Assembly (NCBI GenBank): GCA_016934195.1
Contig: JAFGTJ010000030.1
Coordinates: 1 to 58,013 of the forward strand
DNA from: Anaerolineae bacterium
GTDB taxonomy: Bacteria > Chloroflexota > Anaerolineae > Aggregatilineales > Aggregatilineaceae
Reading direction: 5' to 3'
DNA length: 58,013 bases
Made by a program: the position numbers and the translations under genes. How positions within the stretch are numbered: the stretch's first letter is position 1; each line of letters opens with the position of its first letter. The notes under the pieces are model-generated. The model was not told the origin of the DNA and did no database searches. It saw nothing but the letters and a program-made list of their open reading frames with translations. This document shows positions 49,932-58,013 of this stretch, piece by piece.

Positions 49932-50453
49932 GTGGAGCGAAATTTTGTGAATATAACAACCCGATTGCTGCGCTGGACATGGCGCGCCGGACGACGTGTC
50001 ACCACACACCGGCTGATCCGGGCGGGCAGCCGTACCGCCGTCACGACCGCGCTAAACGTAGGGCGACAGTCCGCCATTGATGCGGCATTAGGAGCCGCCG
50101 CCGACACGCTGCCCTTTACCGCATCCACAGCCTACACCCAGGTTTTCAACGTAAAATCTCCCGTCACGGTCTACGTGCGCGGGAGTCACTGCCGCGTCAC
50201 CGTGCAGCGAGACGACATCTCGCAAGTGATCCTGGAAGCGACTATGGCGCGCGCCTTTGGCCTCGAGTTTGTGACGGATCAGGATGATGCCGGAGTGTAT
50301 ATCGTCGCGCGGCGCAAACCGGTTACAGGCAAACTGGCGCGGGCCGAGTTTACCATCACGGCTCCCCATGACAGCCACCTGGTTTTTAACCTGACACCGG
50401 GCGACGTAATCCTGCACCATATTGACGGAATGCTGGAACTGCCCAACTGTTAG
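49932..50453 (+). CDS. hypothetical beta-rich protein (possibly DUF4097-like)
   Basis: GTG-start ORF. The C-terminal half has alternating beta-strand-like segments ([18 protein letters not shown]...[24 protein letters not shown]). The assignment is tentative. Confidence 0.4.
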   Translation: MERNFVNITTRLLRWTWRAGRRVTTHRLIRAGSRTAVTTALNVGRQSAIDAALGAAADTLPFTASTAYTQVFNVKSPVTVYVRGSHCRVTVQRDDISQVILEATMARAFGLEFVTDQDDAGVYIVARRKPVTGKLARAEFTITAPHDSHLVFNLTPGDVILHHIDGMLELPNC

Positions 50454-50480
50454 AAGTTTGTCGTTGTGCCCGCCAATACG

Positions 50481-50509
50481 TTCCAAAATTAGCCAACTTG
50501 CCGTATTAT
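50481..50509 (+). promoter_or_regulatory. promoter candidate for topA (TTCCAA-17 nt-TATTAT)
   Basis: Hexamers at 50481-50486 and 50504-50509 with a 17-nt spacer, ~120 nt upstream of the proposed topA start. Confidence 0.3.
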
Positions 50510-50631
50510 CAAACAAGACAGCCTTGCCAGCAGCCCGACAAGGTGGTACCCTTCCGCGAAACTTCTACCCGGTTGGGCGCGTAGATTCCACTGAGCAACC
50601 AAGCAGATTTGAGTTCATCACAGGGGACATT

Positions 50632-53232
50632 GTGAGTAAACTGGTTATTGTCGAGTCACCTACCAAAGCCCGGACTATTCGCGGTTTCCTGCCGGATGAT
50701 TATCAGGTCGAAGCCAGCATGGGCCATATCCGTGATCTACCAGCCTCGGCCAGTGAAATCCCGGCCAGGTATAAAGGCGAGGAATGGTCACGGCTCGGTG
50801 TCAACATTGCGGCAGATTTTGAGCCGCTTTATGTGATTCCCAAAGCCAAGAAGAAGGTCGTCAAGGAACTTACCCAGGCGCTCAAAGAGGCCGATGAGCT
50901 AATCCTGGCAACGGACGAGGACCGCGAAGGAGAAAGCATCGCGTGGCATCTCACCCAGGTGCTCAAACCGGGTGTGCCGGTCAAGCGTATGGTCTTCCAC
51001 GAAATCACCGACGACGCCATCCGGGAAGCATTAGAACACTGCCGCCCCCTTAATAACAAACTGGTCCAGGCCCAGGAAACCCGGCGCATCCTCGACCGGC
51101 TGGTGGGGTACACCGTGTCGCCGCTGCTGTGGAAAAAGATCGCGCCGAAACTGTCCGCCGGACGGGTGCAATCCGCCGCTGTCCGCCTGTTGGTCCAGCG
51201 CGAACAGGACCGCCGCCGCTTCAAATCCGGTTCCTACTGGGACCTGAAAGCGCTCCTGGAAGCCAAAGAGGAACAGTTTACTGCCCAGTTGATCGCGCTT
51301 GGCGGCGCGCGGCTGGCGACGGGCAAAGACTTCGACGAAAACACCGGGAAAATTCCCAAAGGCAAGCGGGTTGTCCTGCTCAACGAAGCCCAGGCGCGTG
51401 AACTGGCCGACCAACTGCTTAAGGGTGAGTGGCAGGTCGGAGATGTCAACGAGCGCGAACAGACTCGCTCGCCCGCGCCACCGTTCACCACATCGACCTT
51501 ACAGCAGGAAGCCAACCGCAAGCTAAACATGGACGCGCAGCAAACAATGCGTGTCGCGCAGCAGCTTTACGAGCGCGGCCTGATCACCTACATGCGTACC
51601 GATTCGGTGCATCTCGCCAAGCAAGCGCTAACCCGCATCCGTGAATGTGTCGAGGAGAAATACGGCGCGGATTACCTCAGCCCGTCGCCCCGGCAGTATC
51701 GCACCAAAGCCAAAGGCGCGCAGGAAGCCCACGAAGCGATCCGGCCCGCCGGTCAGGAAATGCCCACCGCCGAGGAATTGGAGCTAACCGGGCAGGAATA
51801 CGGGCTGTATGACCTGATCTGGAAACGCACCATGGCGACCCAGATGGCCGATGCCCGGCTGCTGTTCACAACGATTCAGATTACGGTTCGCAGCGAGGCA
51901 AAAGACGCCACTTTCCGGGCCTCCGGCAAGCGGGTCTTATTCCCCGGCTTTTTCCGGGCATATGTCGAAGGGGCGGACGATCCGAACGGCGCGCTGGACG
52001 ACCAGGAAACCATCCTGCCGCCGCTGGCAGTTGGCGACCCCGTGACTTGCCGGGAACTTGAACCCATCAAGCACGACACCAAACCCCCGGCGCGCTACAC
52101 CGATGCCACGCTGGTTAAGGCGCTGGAAAGTGAGGGCATTGGACGACCCAGCACCTACGCCTCGATCATCAGCACGATTCAGGATCGCGGCTACGTGAGC
52201 AAGTCGGGCAGACAGTTGGTCCCGACATTCACCGCGTTTGCTGTGAATCACCTGATGGAGCAGCACTTCCCCGATCTGGTGGACCTGGAATTCACCGCGC
52301 AGATGGAACAGGTTTTAGACGATATCGCCGACGGCGACTCCGAGGGACTGCCCTATCTCAAAACCTTCTACCTGGGCGATAACGGGTTGGATCACCAGGT
52401 CAAGGCCAAAGAAGAGCAAATCGACCCACGCGAGATACACGCCATCGTGATCGATGACCTGGAAGTCAAGGTGCGCGTTGGACGTTACGGGGCGTACCTG
52501 GAACAAGACCACGACGGCGACGTGATCCGCGTCTCGCTGCCGGATTCGCTGCCGCCCGGCGACCTGGATAACGCAGCAATCGAACGATTGCTGCGCGAAA
52601 AAGCGCAAGGCCCCACGCCGCTCGGTTATCATCCCGACACAGGCGAGCCGGTATATGTGCTGATCGGGCCATATGGTCCCTACGTGCAGCAAGGCAGCAA
52701 CGGTGAAAATAACGGCGCAAACAATAACGGCGGCAAAAAACCCCCGCGTGTATCGCTGTTAAAAAATATGAAACCCGAAGAGATTACGCTGGAACAGGCT
52801 TTGGCGCTCCTGGCGCTGCCGCGCACATTAGGCGAGCATCCCGAAACGGGCAAGCCGGTTGACGCCGGGATCGGGCGTTATGGTCCCTTCGTGCGACATG
52901 ATGACAGCTACCGTTCGCTCACCAAAGAAGACAACGTATTCACGATTGATCTGGCGCGCGCACTGGAACTGCTAGCCCAGGAAAAAGGCACACGCCGCGC
53001 CGCCGTCGTCGTGCGGGAAATCGGCCCGCATCCTGACGACGGGGAACTGATCGCCATTTACGAAGGGCGTTACGGCCCGTATGTCAAACACGGCAAGATC
53101 AACGCTTCGCTGCCGAAGGGGGCCGATGTCGAAAAACTGAGCATGGAACAGGCGCTGGAGTTGATCGAGAAAAAGAAGGCGCAAAAACCCCGCAAACGGA
53201 AAACCGGCAAGAAATCAAAAAGCACCGAATAA
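50632..53232 (+). CDS. topA: DNA topoisomerase I (zinc-less C-terminal repeat type)
   Basis: Start re-set to the GTG at 50632 after AGGGGA, giving [16 protein letters not shown] (Toprim). EDREGE, active-site region [10 protein letters not shown]. The C-terminus has four G(R/P)YG(A/P)(Y/F) repeats and a Lys-rich tail, with no CxxC zinc fingers. Confidence 0.95.
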   Translation: MSKLVIVESPTKARTIRGFLPDDYQVEASMGHIRDLPASASEIPARYKGEEWSRLGVNIAADFEPLYVIPKAKKKVVKELTQALKEADELILATDEDREGESIAWHLTQVLKPGVPVKRMVFHEITDDAIREALEHCRPLNNKLVQAQETRRILDRLVGYTVSPLLWKKIAPKLSAGRVQSAAVRLLVQREQDRRRFKSGSYWDLKALLEAKEEQFTAQLIALGGARLATGKDFDENTGKIPKGKRVVLLNEAQARELADQLLKGEWQVGDVNEREQTRSPAPPFTTSTLQQEANRKLNMDAQQTMRVAQQLYERGLITYMRTDSVHLAKQALTRIRECVEEKYGADYLSPSPRQYRTKAKGAQEAHEAIRPAGQEMPTAEELELTGQEYGLYDLIWKRTMATQMADARLLFTTIQITVRSEAKDATFRASGKRVLFPGFFRAYVEGADDPNGALDDQETILPPLAVGDPVTCRELEPIKHDTKPPARYTDATLVKALESEGIGRPSTYASIISTIQDRGYVSKSGRQLVPTFTAFAVNHLMEQHFPDLVDLEFTAQMEQVLDDIADGDSEGLPYLKTFYLGDNGLDHQVKAKEEQIDPREIHAIVIDDLEVKVRVGRYGAYLEQDHDGDVIRVSLPDSLPPGDLDNAAIERLLREKAQGPTPLGYHPDTGEPVYVLIGPYGPYVQQGSNGENNGANNNGGKKPPRVSLLKNMKPEEITLEQALALLALPRTLGEHPETGKPVDAGIGRYGPFVRHDDSYRSLTKEDNVFTIDLARALELLAQEKGTRRAAVVVREIGPHPDDGELIAIYEGRYGPYVKHGKINASLPKGADVEKLSMEQALELIEKKKAQKPRKRKTGKKSKSTE

Positions 53233-53267
53233 GAAATTGGCGCAGCGCCAGATACGCCGAAAATAAA

Positions 53268-53297
53268 AACGCCGGGCAAAATCCCCGGCGTTTCGAT
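53268..53297. terminator. bidirectional rho-independent terminator between convergent topA and ABC permease genes
   Basis: AACGCCGGG (53268-53276) pairs with CCCGGCGTT (53284-53292) around a 7-nt loop. An A-rich run lies upstream and TCGATTTTT downstream. Confidence 0.65.
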
Positions 53298-53322
53298 TTT
53301 TCCGGTCTTGACTGGTTCCCGG

Positions 53323-54363
53323 CTAGCCCTTCACCGATCCGGCCAACAGCCCGCGTATGAAAAAGCGACCAAGCACAATGTACACCACCAGCGTCGGCAG
53401 CGCCGCCAGCACTGCACCGGCCATTGGCAGATTCCACTTGACCGCCTCGCCACCGGCCAGCAGCGCCAGCGCCACCGTGATCGGCTGAGAATTCTCATTG
53501 GTGAGTGTCACGGCGAACAGAAATTCATTCCAGATTTGCGTAAACTGCCAGATAATCACCACCACAAAACCCGGCAGCGACAGCGGAAACACGATCCAGC
53601 GGTAAATGCCAAAAAAGCCCGCGCCGTCAATGGACCCGGCTTCAATCATCTCGGTGGGTACTTCAGTGTAGTAATTACGGAAAATCAGCGTCGTGATCGG
53701 CAGTCCATAGACAACATGCGCCATGATCAAGCCGTAGATCGTGCCACCCAACTCGATATCCTGCACAAACTGGAACAACGGGATCAGGATGCTCTGGTAC
53801 GGGATGAACATCCCGAACAACATCAGCGGGAACACAATATTCGCACCGGGGAACTTCCACTTGGCGAGCACATAACCATTGAGCGACCCCATGATAGCCG
53901 ACAGCACCGTCGCCGAAATGGTCAGCATAAAACTGTTCCTGATCTTCGGTCCCAGTTCGTCAATCGCAGTTTTGTAGCTTTCCCAATGCAAGGACGACGG
54001 CAAATCCCATACGGCGCTGAGCTTGCCCGCATCCTGTGGAGATTTTAAGCTGGTGCTAACAACGGTATAGATCGGCAGCAAATACACCATCGTCATCAAA
54101 ATCAGGATGGTATAGAGCGCGATACGGGCATAATGCCGCGACTCCAACGGCTGTCGATCCTTCGGAGTATAACCGGGCTGGCGACCCTCCCGGTAGATGT
54201 ATACCCACAACGGGACGAGCAGCACCAATGTGCCTGCCGCCCCCACGCCTGCGCCGATCAACGCACCCTGTTCAGGATCGCGTCCCATCTGTTCGTACAA
54301 CAAGTACGTTCCCAGGCTGCCGATCAACGCGCCAAAAATAAGCCAGGCAAATAGTAATTCCAT
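53323..54363 (-). CDS. carbohydrate ABC transporter permease (MalG-like) with ~70-aa N-terminal extension
   Basis: The EAA-loop region ([21 protein letters not shown]) is typical of the binding-protein-dependent transport inner-membrane component. The ATG lies 8 nt after GGGGGGA and 14 nt after the upstream stop. Confidence 0.9.
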   Translation of the reverse strand: MELLFAWLIFGALIGSLGTYLLYEQMGRDPEQGALIGAGVGAAGTLVLLVPLWVYIYREGRQPGYTPKDRQPLESRHYARIALYTILILMTMVYLLPIYTVVSTSLKSPQDAGKLSAVWDLPSSLHWESYKTAIDELGPKIRNSFMLTISATVLSAIMGSLNGYVLAKWKFPGANIVFPLMLFGMFIPYQSILIPLFQFVQDIELGGTIYGLIMAHVVYGLPITTLIFRNYYTEVPTEMIEAGSIDGAGFFGIYRWIVFPLSLPGFVVVIIWQFTQIWNEFLFAVTLTNENSQPITVALALLAGGEAVKWNLPMAGAVLAALPTLVVYIVLGRFFIRGLLAGSVKG

Positions 54364-54377
54364 CGCTGCGTCCCCCC

Positions 54378-55697
54378 TTATACCTCGTGCTCAGCCCGTA
54401 GAGAGGTCGCCAGATACGGGATGATCACCGAGGCGACCATCACCAGTAACACGACGGCAATCGCGCTGCCAACCGCAAATTTGTTACTGCGGAACATGGT
54501 GACATACACCTGCACACCCGGCACACTGACCGGCAGATAGTCGGTCCCCGCGATGGCAAAGATCAGGTCAAACACCTTCAGCGAAATGTGACCAAGCACA
54601 ATCGCCGCGCTGAGCGTAATCGGGCGCAGCATCGGCAGAATGATTAGGGTATACACCTGCCACTCATTACAACCATCAACCCGCGCCGCCTCGCGCAGTT
54701 CCTCAGGCACGCCCCGAATACCAGCCAGATACATCGCCATCGTATAACCCGACAACTGCCAGATCGAGGCAATGATGATGCCCACCAACGCCAGATTAAA
54801 CCCGAACTGCTCCGGGAACGGGACATTGGGGAACCGGTCCGGGCCGCCGGTCAGATACCAACCGAAAATGATCGCGGTCGGGATCGCCGTGATCCACGCG
54901 GCGCGGCGTTTGCCCTGCCCCAACAGGTTGACCATGTACAGCAAAAAGCCGATCACAATCACGGCCACCACGTATTGGGGCGCATTCTGCCAGTTAAATT
55001 TACCGCGCATCGTTGGGTCGGTGTCCCACGTTGCCCAATCCGACCACATCCACATGAACAGCAGCGCCGTCGGCACGCCCATGTATACCGATGCCAGATA
55101 TTTTTTGCGCCAGACGAACTGGAAAACGGCAAACAGCAACAGGAAAATAATCAACAACAGCGTCGTCACCGGGACTTCGTGCCAGTTGAATTCATACGCC
55201 TTGCGGTTGTTGAGCCAGGAATAGCTCCAGGCATCACCGCCAAACAGTTCCGGCAGTACGTTAATACCGCCTTTGGGATTGAGCAACCAGCGCCAGATTG
55301 TCCCGGTGACGGCAAAAGAGAGCGCCATCGGGAACAAAAATACCGTGCGGAAGAAGCCCTCGCCCTTAACGTTTTGATCCAGCAGCACAGCCAGCAAAAA
55401 ACCTAAGACCAGACAACCTACCAGAAAAAACAGCGTGAAGAAAAATGTATTGACCAACTCCTGCCGGAAACGAAATCCCTGAAAATCACTAAACAAGGCT
55501 TTATAATTATCCAGGCCAATGTAATTCTTGTCGGCGTGCGCTTCAAGGCCGGACCAATCGGTCAGGGACCAGGCAAAAGTCTGGCCGATGAAACCATAGA
55601 CAAAAATGCCGAGCAGGATAATCGACGGCAAGATCGTCAAGACCGCAAAGACGCGATCAGGATTGGCCCGCCGCAGACGTTCGACTGATAACTGCAT
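54378..55697 (-). CDS. carbohydrate ABC transporter permease (MalF-like, enlarged)
   Basis: [27 protein letters not shown] loop. 439 aa with extra TM helices relative to minimal ~290-aa permeases. Confidence 0.9.
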   Translation of the reverse strand: MQLSVERLRRANPDRVFAVLTILPSIILLGIFVYGFIGQTFAWSLTDWSGLEAHADKNYIGLDNYKALFSDFQGFRFRQELVNTFFFTLFFLVGCLVLGFLLAVLLDQNVKGEGFFRTVFLFPMALSFAVTGTIWRWLLNPKGGINVLPELFGGDAWSYSWLNNRKAYEFNWHEVPVTTLLLIIFLLLFAVFQFVWRKKYLASVYMGVPTALLFMWMWSDWATWDTDPTMRGKFNWQNAPQYVVAVIVIGFLLYMVNLLGQGKRRAAWITAIPTAIIFGWYLTGGPDRFPNVPFPEQFGFNLALVGIIIASIWQLSGYTMAMYLAGIRGVPEELREAARVDGCNEWQVYTLIILPMLRPITLSAAIVLGHISLKVFDLIFAIAGTDYLPVSVPGVQVYVTMFRSNKFAVGSAIAVVLLVMVASVIIPYLATSLRAEHEV

Positions 55698-55716
55698 CGC
55701 ACAGCACCTCCTGATG

Positions 55717-55753
55717 ATACGAGGTCCCTACCCACACGGCAGGGACCTCGTAT
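55717..55753 (-). promoter_or_regulatory. intercistronic 13-bp perfect stem-loop between the binding-protein and permease genes
   Basis: ATACGAGGTCCCT (55717-55729) and AGGGACCTCGTAT (55741-55753) are exact reverse complements with an 11-nt loop. No adjacent U-tract. Confidence 0.6.
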
Positions 55754-55793
55754 TGATGCTTATACTTACGAGTACACTACGGGGTTATGGCAA

Positions 55794-57059
55794 CTAGCCG
55801 CCAATACCGGCCTGATTCGCGATGGCCTGCGCTGCGTTCGACGCCGACATACCGTTGCGCGAACCGAGGTAGATTTCCATCACAGTGGCAAATTCACTGC
55901 TGAAGCTCTCCGGCGCAACTGCCCCGTGTGCCAGACTGCCGACCACCGCGTCCATCTGCCAATCAGCAGCAGCGGACTGGAGATAGGCATTGTACAGGCT
56001 CAGGTCGCTGTCCAAACGGCCAGCAATGGACCCCTTAAGCGGGTTGAAGATGTCCTGGCCTTCCTGCGAACCCAGGAGCTTGAGCCATGCTACCGCCGCA
56101 TCGTGGTTCTTGATGTCCTTCGGCAGACCGAACGAGTCCGACAGCATCATGAAGACGCCCCCGGTACCCGGTGAAGGTGCCCAACCGAAACCAACGCCCG
56201 GTTCCAACCCCAGGGTGGTGAACATATAGCCCGCTGCCCAGTCGCCCATCACGTTAAAGGCCGCATCACCGGCAATCACAGCATCGGTCGCCTGCTGCCA
56301 GGACAGAGTCGCGGCGTCCACGTCGATGTTCGAGCAGTCCAAAATCTGGCCGAACGTATCCCACATGGCAACCACATCGTCATCCAACCAGCTCTTCTCG
56401 CCAGCCCACAGGCCGTTCCAGCCATCAACCCCCAACTCGGCCAGCGCGACACTTTCCCACAAGTGGTTGACAGTCCAGTTTTCACCGACAACCAGCGGAG
56501 TTACGTCATTTGCCTGAAGGGTCGGGCAGATTTCCAGGAACTCAGCCCAGGAAGCCGGAACGCTAACGCCCCATGCTTCGAGATTCGCGGGAACGTACCA
56601 CATCACGTTCGAGCGGTGAATGTTGACCGGAACCGACCAAATGCCACCCTCGTAGCTGAGCAGATCGATCAAGCCCTGCGGGAACTTGTCCATCCAGCCT
56701 TCTTCTTCAAACAAGAAGGTCAGGTCTTCCATGCGGTCCGCGATCACCCAGGTCCCGATCAATTCCTGACCGGCGTGTACCTGGAAGGAATCGGGCGGGT
56801 CGCCGCCGAGCATACGAGTCTTGAGCACCGCGCGCGCGTTGACGCCGGAGCCACCGGTCACGGTCGCATTGTTGACCGTCACATCGGGATACATCTCGTT
56901 GTACTTAACAATCAGGGCCTCAAGCGCGGGGCCTTCGTCGCCCGCCCACCAGGAGAAAATTTCCAGTTCGCCGGAAGGTGCGTCCTGCGCAAAGGTCGGA
57001 ACGACCGCGAGCAGAGCCATCGTGAGAACAATCATAAATGAAACAAAACGCTTCGACAT
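55794..57059 (-). CDS. ABC transporter extracellular solute-binding protein (family 1, sugar type)
   Basis: Start re-set to [26 protein letters not shown] (ATG at 57059, GGAGG 8 nt upstream), which provides a signal peptide. About 420 aa with family-1 SBP-like composition. Confidence 0.9.
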   Translation of the reverse strand: MSKRFVSFMIVLTMALLAVVPTFAQDAPSGELEIFSWWAGDEGPALEALIVKYNEMYPDVTVNNATVTGGSGVNARAVLKTRMLGGDPPDSFQVHAGQELIGTWVIADRMEDLTFLFEEEGWMDKFPQGLIDLLSYEGGIWSVPVNIHRSNVMWYVPANLEAWGVSVPASWAEFLEICPTLQANDVTPLVVGENWTVNHLWESVALAELGVDGWNGLWAGEKSWLDDDVVAMWDTFGQILDCSNIDVDAATLSWQQATDAVIAGDAAFNVMGDWAAGYMFTTLGLEPGVGFGWAPSPGTGGVFMMLSDSFGLPKDIKNHDAAVAWLKLLGSQEGQDIFNPLKGSIAGRLDSDLSLYNAYLQSAAADWQMDAVVGSLAHGAVAPESFSSEFATVMEIYLGSRNGMSASNAAQAIANQAGIGG

Positions 57060-57303
57060 ACTTTTTTTGCCTCCAAACACTATCTCTGAAAGGAACAGCT
57101 TGACGAGCGTAGGAAATCGAGAAATGGAGAACACTCTCGTTCCCAACACCCACTAGCAATTATAGTTCACAATCGCGCGTAAGACTAGCACAATCAGCAC
57201 CCTAAAGAGAATCTGATAGGCTTCTAATACGGGTTGCTAGCCGCCGCCAGCAGAGTATAATGAATCAATAGTGGGTGTGAACAATGTGGAGAAACTACCT
57301 GGT

Positions 57304-58013
57304 ATGGTCAGTCCGGGCGAACAACATTCAGTAAAACAAGAAATTGACCGCCTGGCAGGGGCTGTCGATGAACTTATGGAGGCCCTGCGCGCGCAGCGCG
57401 AAATCTTGCGCCAGCGGGGAATGGGGCTGCCACCGGGCACGCTGCCCGGCCTGAAAAGTATCCGGGCCGACCTGGATCAGATCAACACGCAGCTAGCCAC
57501 CGATGCCGTCGAACTGGAACAGTTACGAGCGCTTGCCCACACCACCGAGTTAGTGAATTCTTCGCTCGACATCAACGAAGTGCTGCGCGAAGTGATGGAC
57601 ACCGTGATCCAGTTGGTGGGGGCCGAGCGCGGGTATATCGTGCTGCGCGATGAACACACCGGCCAGATGGAATTTCGGATCGCGCGCAACATCGACCGCC
57701 AGAGCATCAACCAGGGTGATTTTATCATCAGCCGGACGATTGTGGACGACGTGGCCCAAACCGGCGATCCCGTTCTGACGACCAATGCCCAGGCCGACGA
57801 GCGTTACAGCGCCCAGGAAAGCGTGGTGCTCCATGCGCTGCGCTCGATCCTGTGCGTGCCGCTGACCGTCAAGGGTCAGGTTACAGGAGTCGTATATTCC
57901 GACAACCGCATCAAAGACGGGCTGTTTGGCGAAAAGGAATTATCGCTGCTGGTCAATTTTGCGAATCAGGCCGCGATAGCTATCGAAAACGCGCGCCTGT
58001 TCGAGCGCGTCCA
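57304..58013 (+). CDS. GAF-domain signalling protein (5' part only; runs off window)
   Basis: Not in the ORF track. The frame opens after TAG at 57238-57240, with an ATG at 57304 (alternative GTG at 57286). The N-terminus is coiled-coil-like. The GAF pattern follows: LDINEVLREVMDTVIQLVGAERGYIVL...SILCVPLTVKGQVTGVVYSDN...LLVNFANQAAIAIENARLFERV. Confidence 0.85.
   Translation, partial: MVSPGEQHSVKQEIDRLAGAVDELMEALRAQREILRQRGMGLPPGTLPGLKSIRADLDQINTQLATDAVELEQLRALAHTTELVNSSLDINEVLREVMDTVIQLVGAERGYIVLRDEHTGQMEFRIARNIDRQSINQGDFIISRTIVDDVAQTGDPVLTTNAQADERYSAQESVVLHALRSILCVPLTVKGQVTGVVYSDNRIKDGLFGEKELSLLVNFANQAAIAIENARLFERV

Noticed and set aside
50422-50631. Track-predicted 70-aa N-terminal extension of topA. 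Similar extensions appear at 8796-8927, 57060-57149, 32911-32994, 5166-5222 and 49760-49816.
   Set aside because: The extensions lack homology-like sequence. They begin far upstream of clear SD/start pairs, or they violate stop/start coupling. The conserved N-termini (for example [12 protein letters not shown] in topA, or the signal peptides) begin at the downstream starts.

Overview
GC-rich (roughly 58-60% by eye), densely coding bacterial chromosomal window. All calls rest on reading motifs in the translations; no searches were run. The gene set suggests a Chloroflexota-like organism, at low confidence: a zinc-less TopA with GRYGPY repeats, type-2 IDI, G5/DUF348 and PQQ-kinase proteins, many STAND/TPR and FHA proteins, and a stand-alone rpoB.

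Housekeeping genes I recognise:
- tandem moeA paralogs, fhs, pyrG, add, hemW-like, fni, acpP
- a UDP-glucuronate decarboxylase, rpoB, moeB/thiF-like, trm112-like, topA
- a sugar ABC uptake operon
- two edge-truncated genes missing from the ORF track: a YdjC/ChbG-like gene at 1-711 (-) and a GAF-domain gene at 57304-58013 (+)

I could support no rRNA, tRNA, CRISPR array, transposase, integrase or prophage gene.

Most interesting content:
1. A tightly packed seven-gene minus-strand signalling operon (12398-18965). It runs Ser/Thr kinase with PQQ propeller, PP2C, J-domain+vWA, Zn-ribbon+FHA, a 79-aa ORF, a kinase-less OmpR regulator, and a CvnD/MglA-type small GTPase.
2. About 3 kb away, a stand-alone Roadblock/LC7 gene and a degenerate-receiver-Roadblock-acidic-tail fusion. 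Together with (1) this looks like a conservon/MglAB-like G-protein switch rewired to Ser/Thr phosphorylation.
3. A 12-kb co-directional envelope-glycan string (22314-34577) with several start/stop overlaps. It contains a glycoside-hydrolase/O-antigen-ligase fusion, a G5-propeller lipoprotein, an embedded CheY-like receiver, and an orphan ChlI-like AAA+ with a Cys4 insert.
4. A 1311-aa lipoprotein with nine Ig/cadherin-like repeats, two of them near-identical at the DNA level.
5. rpoB without rplJL or rpoC neighbours, carrying a large insertion.
6. An orphan CpaF-like ATPase and a STAND-TPR NTPase.

Many long ORFs in the track are antisense shadows of real genes. Several track ORFs also have over-extended N-termini, which I re-set using SD motifs and stop/start overlaps.
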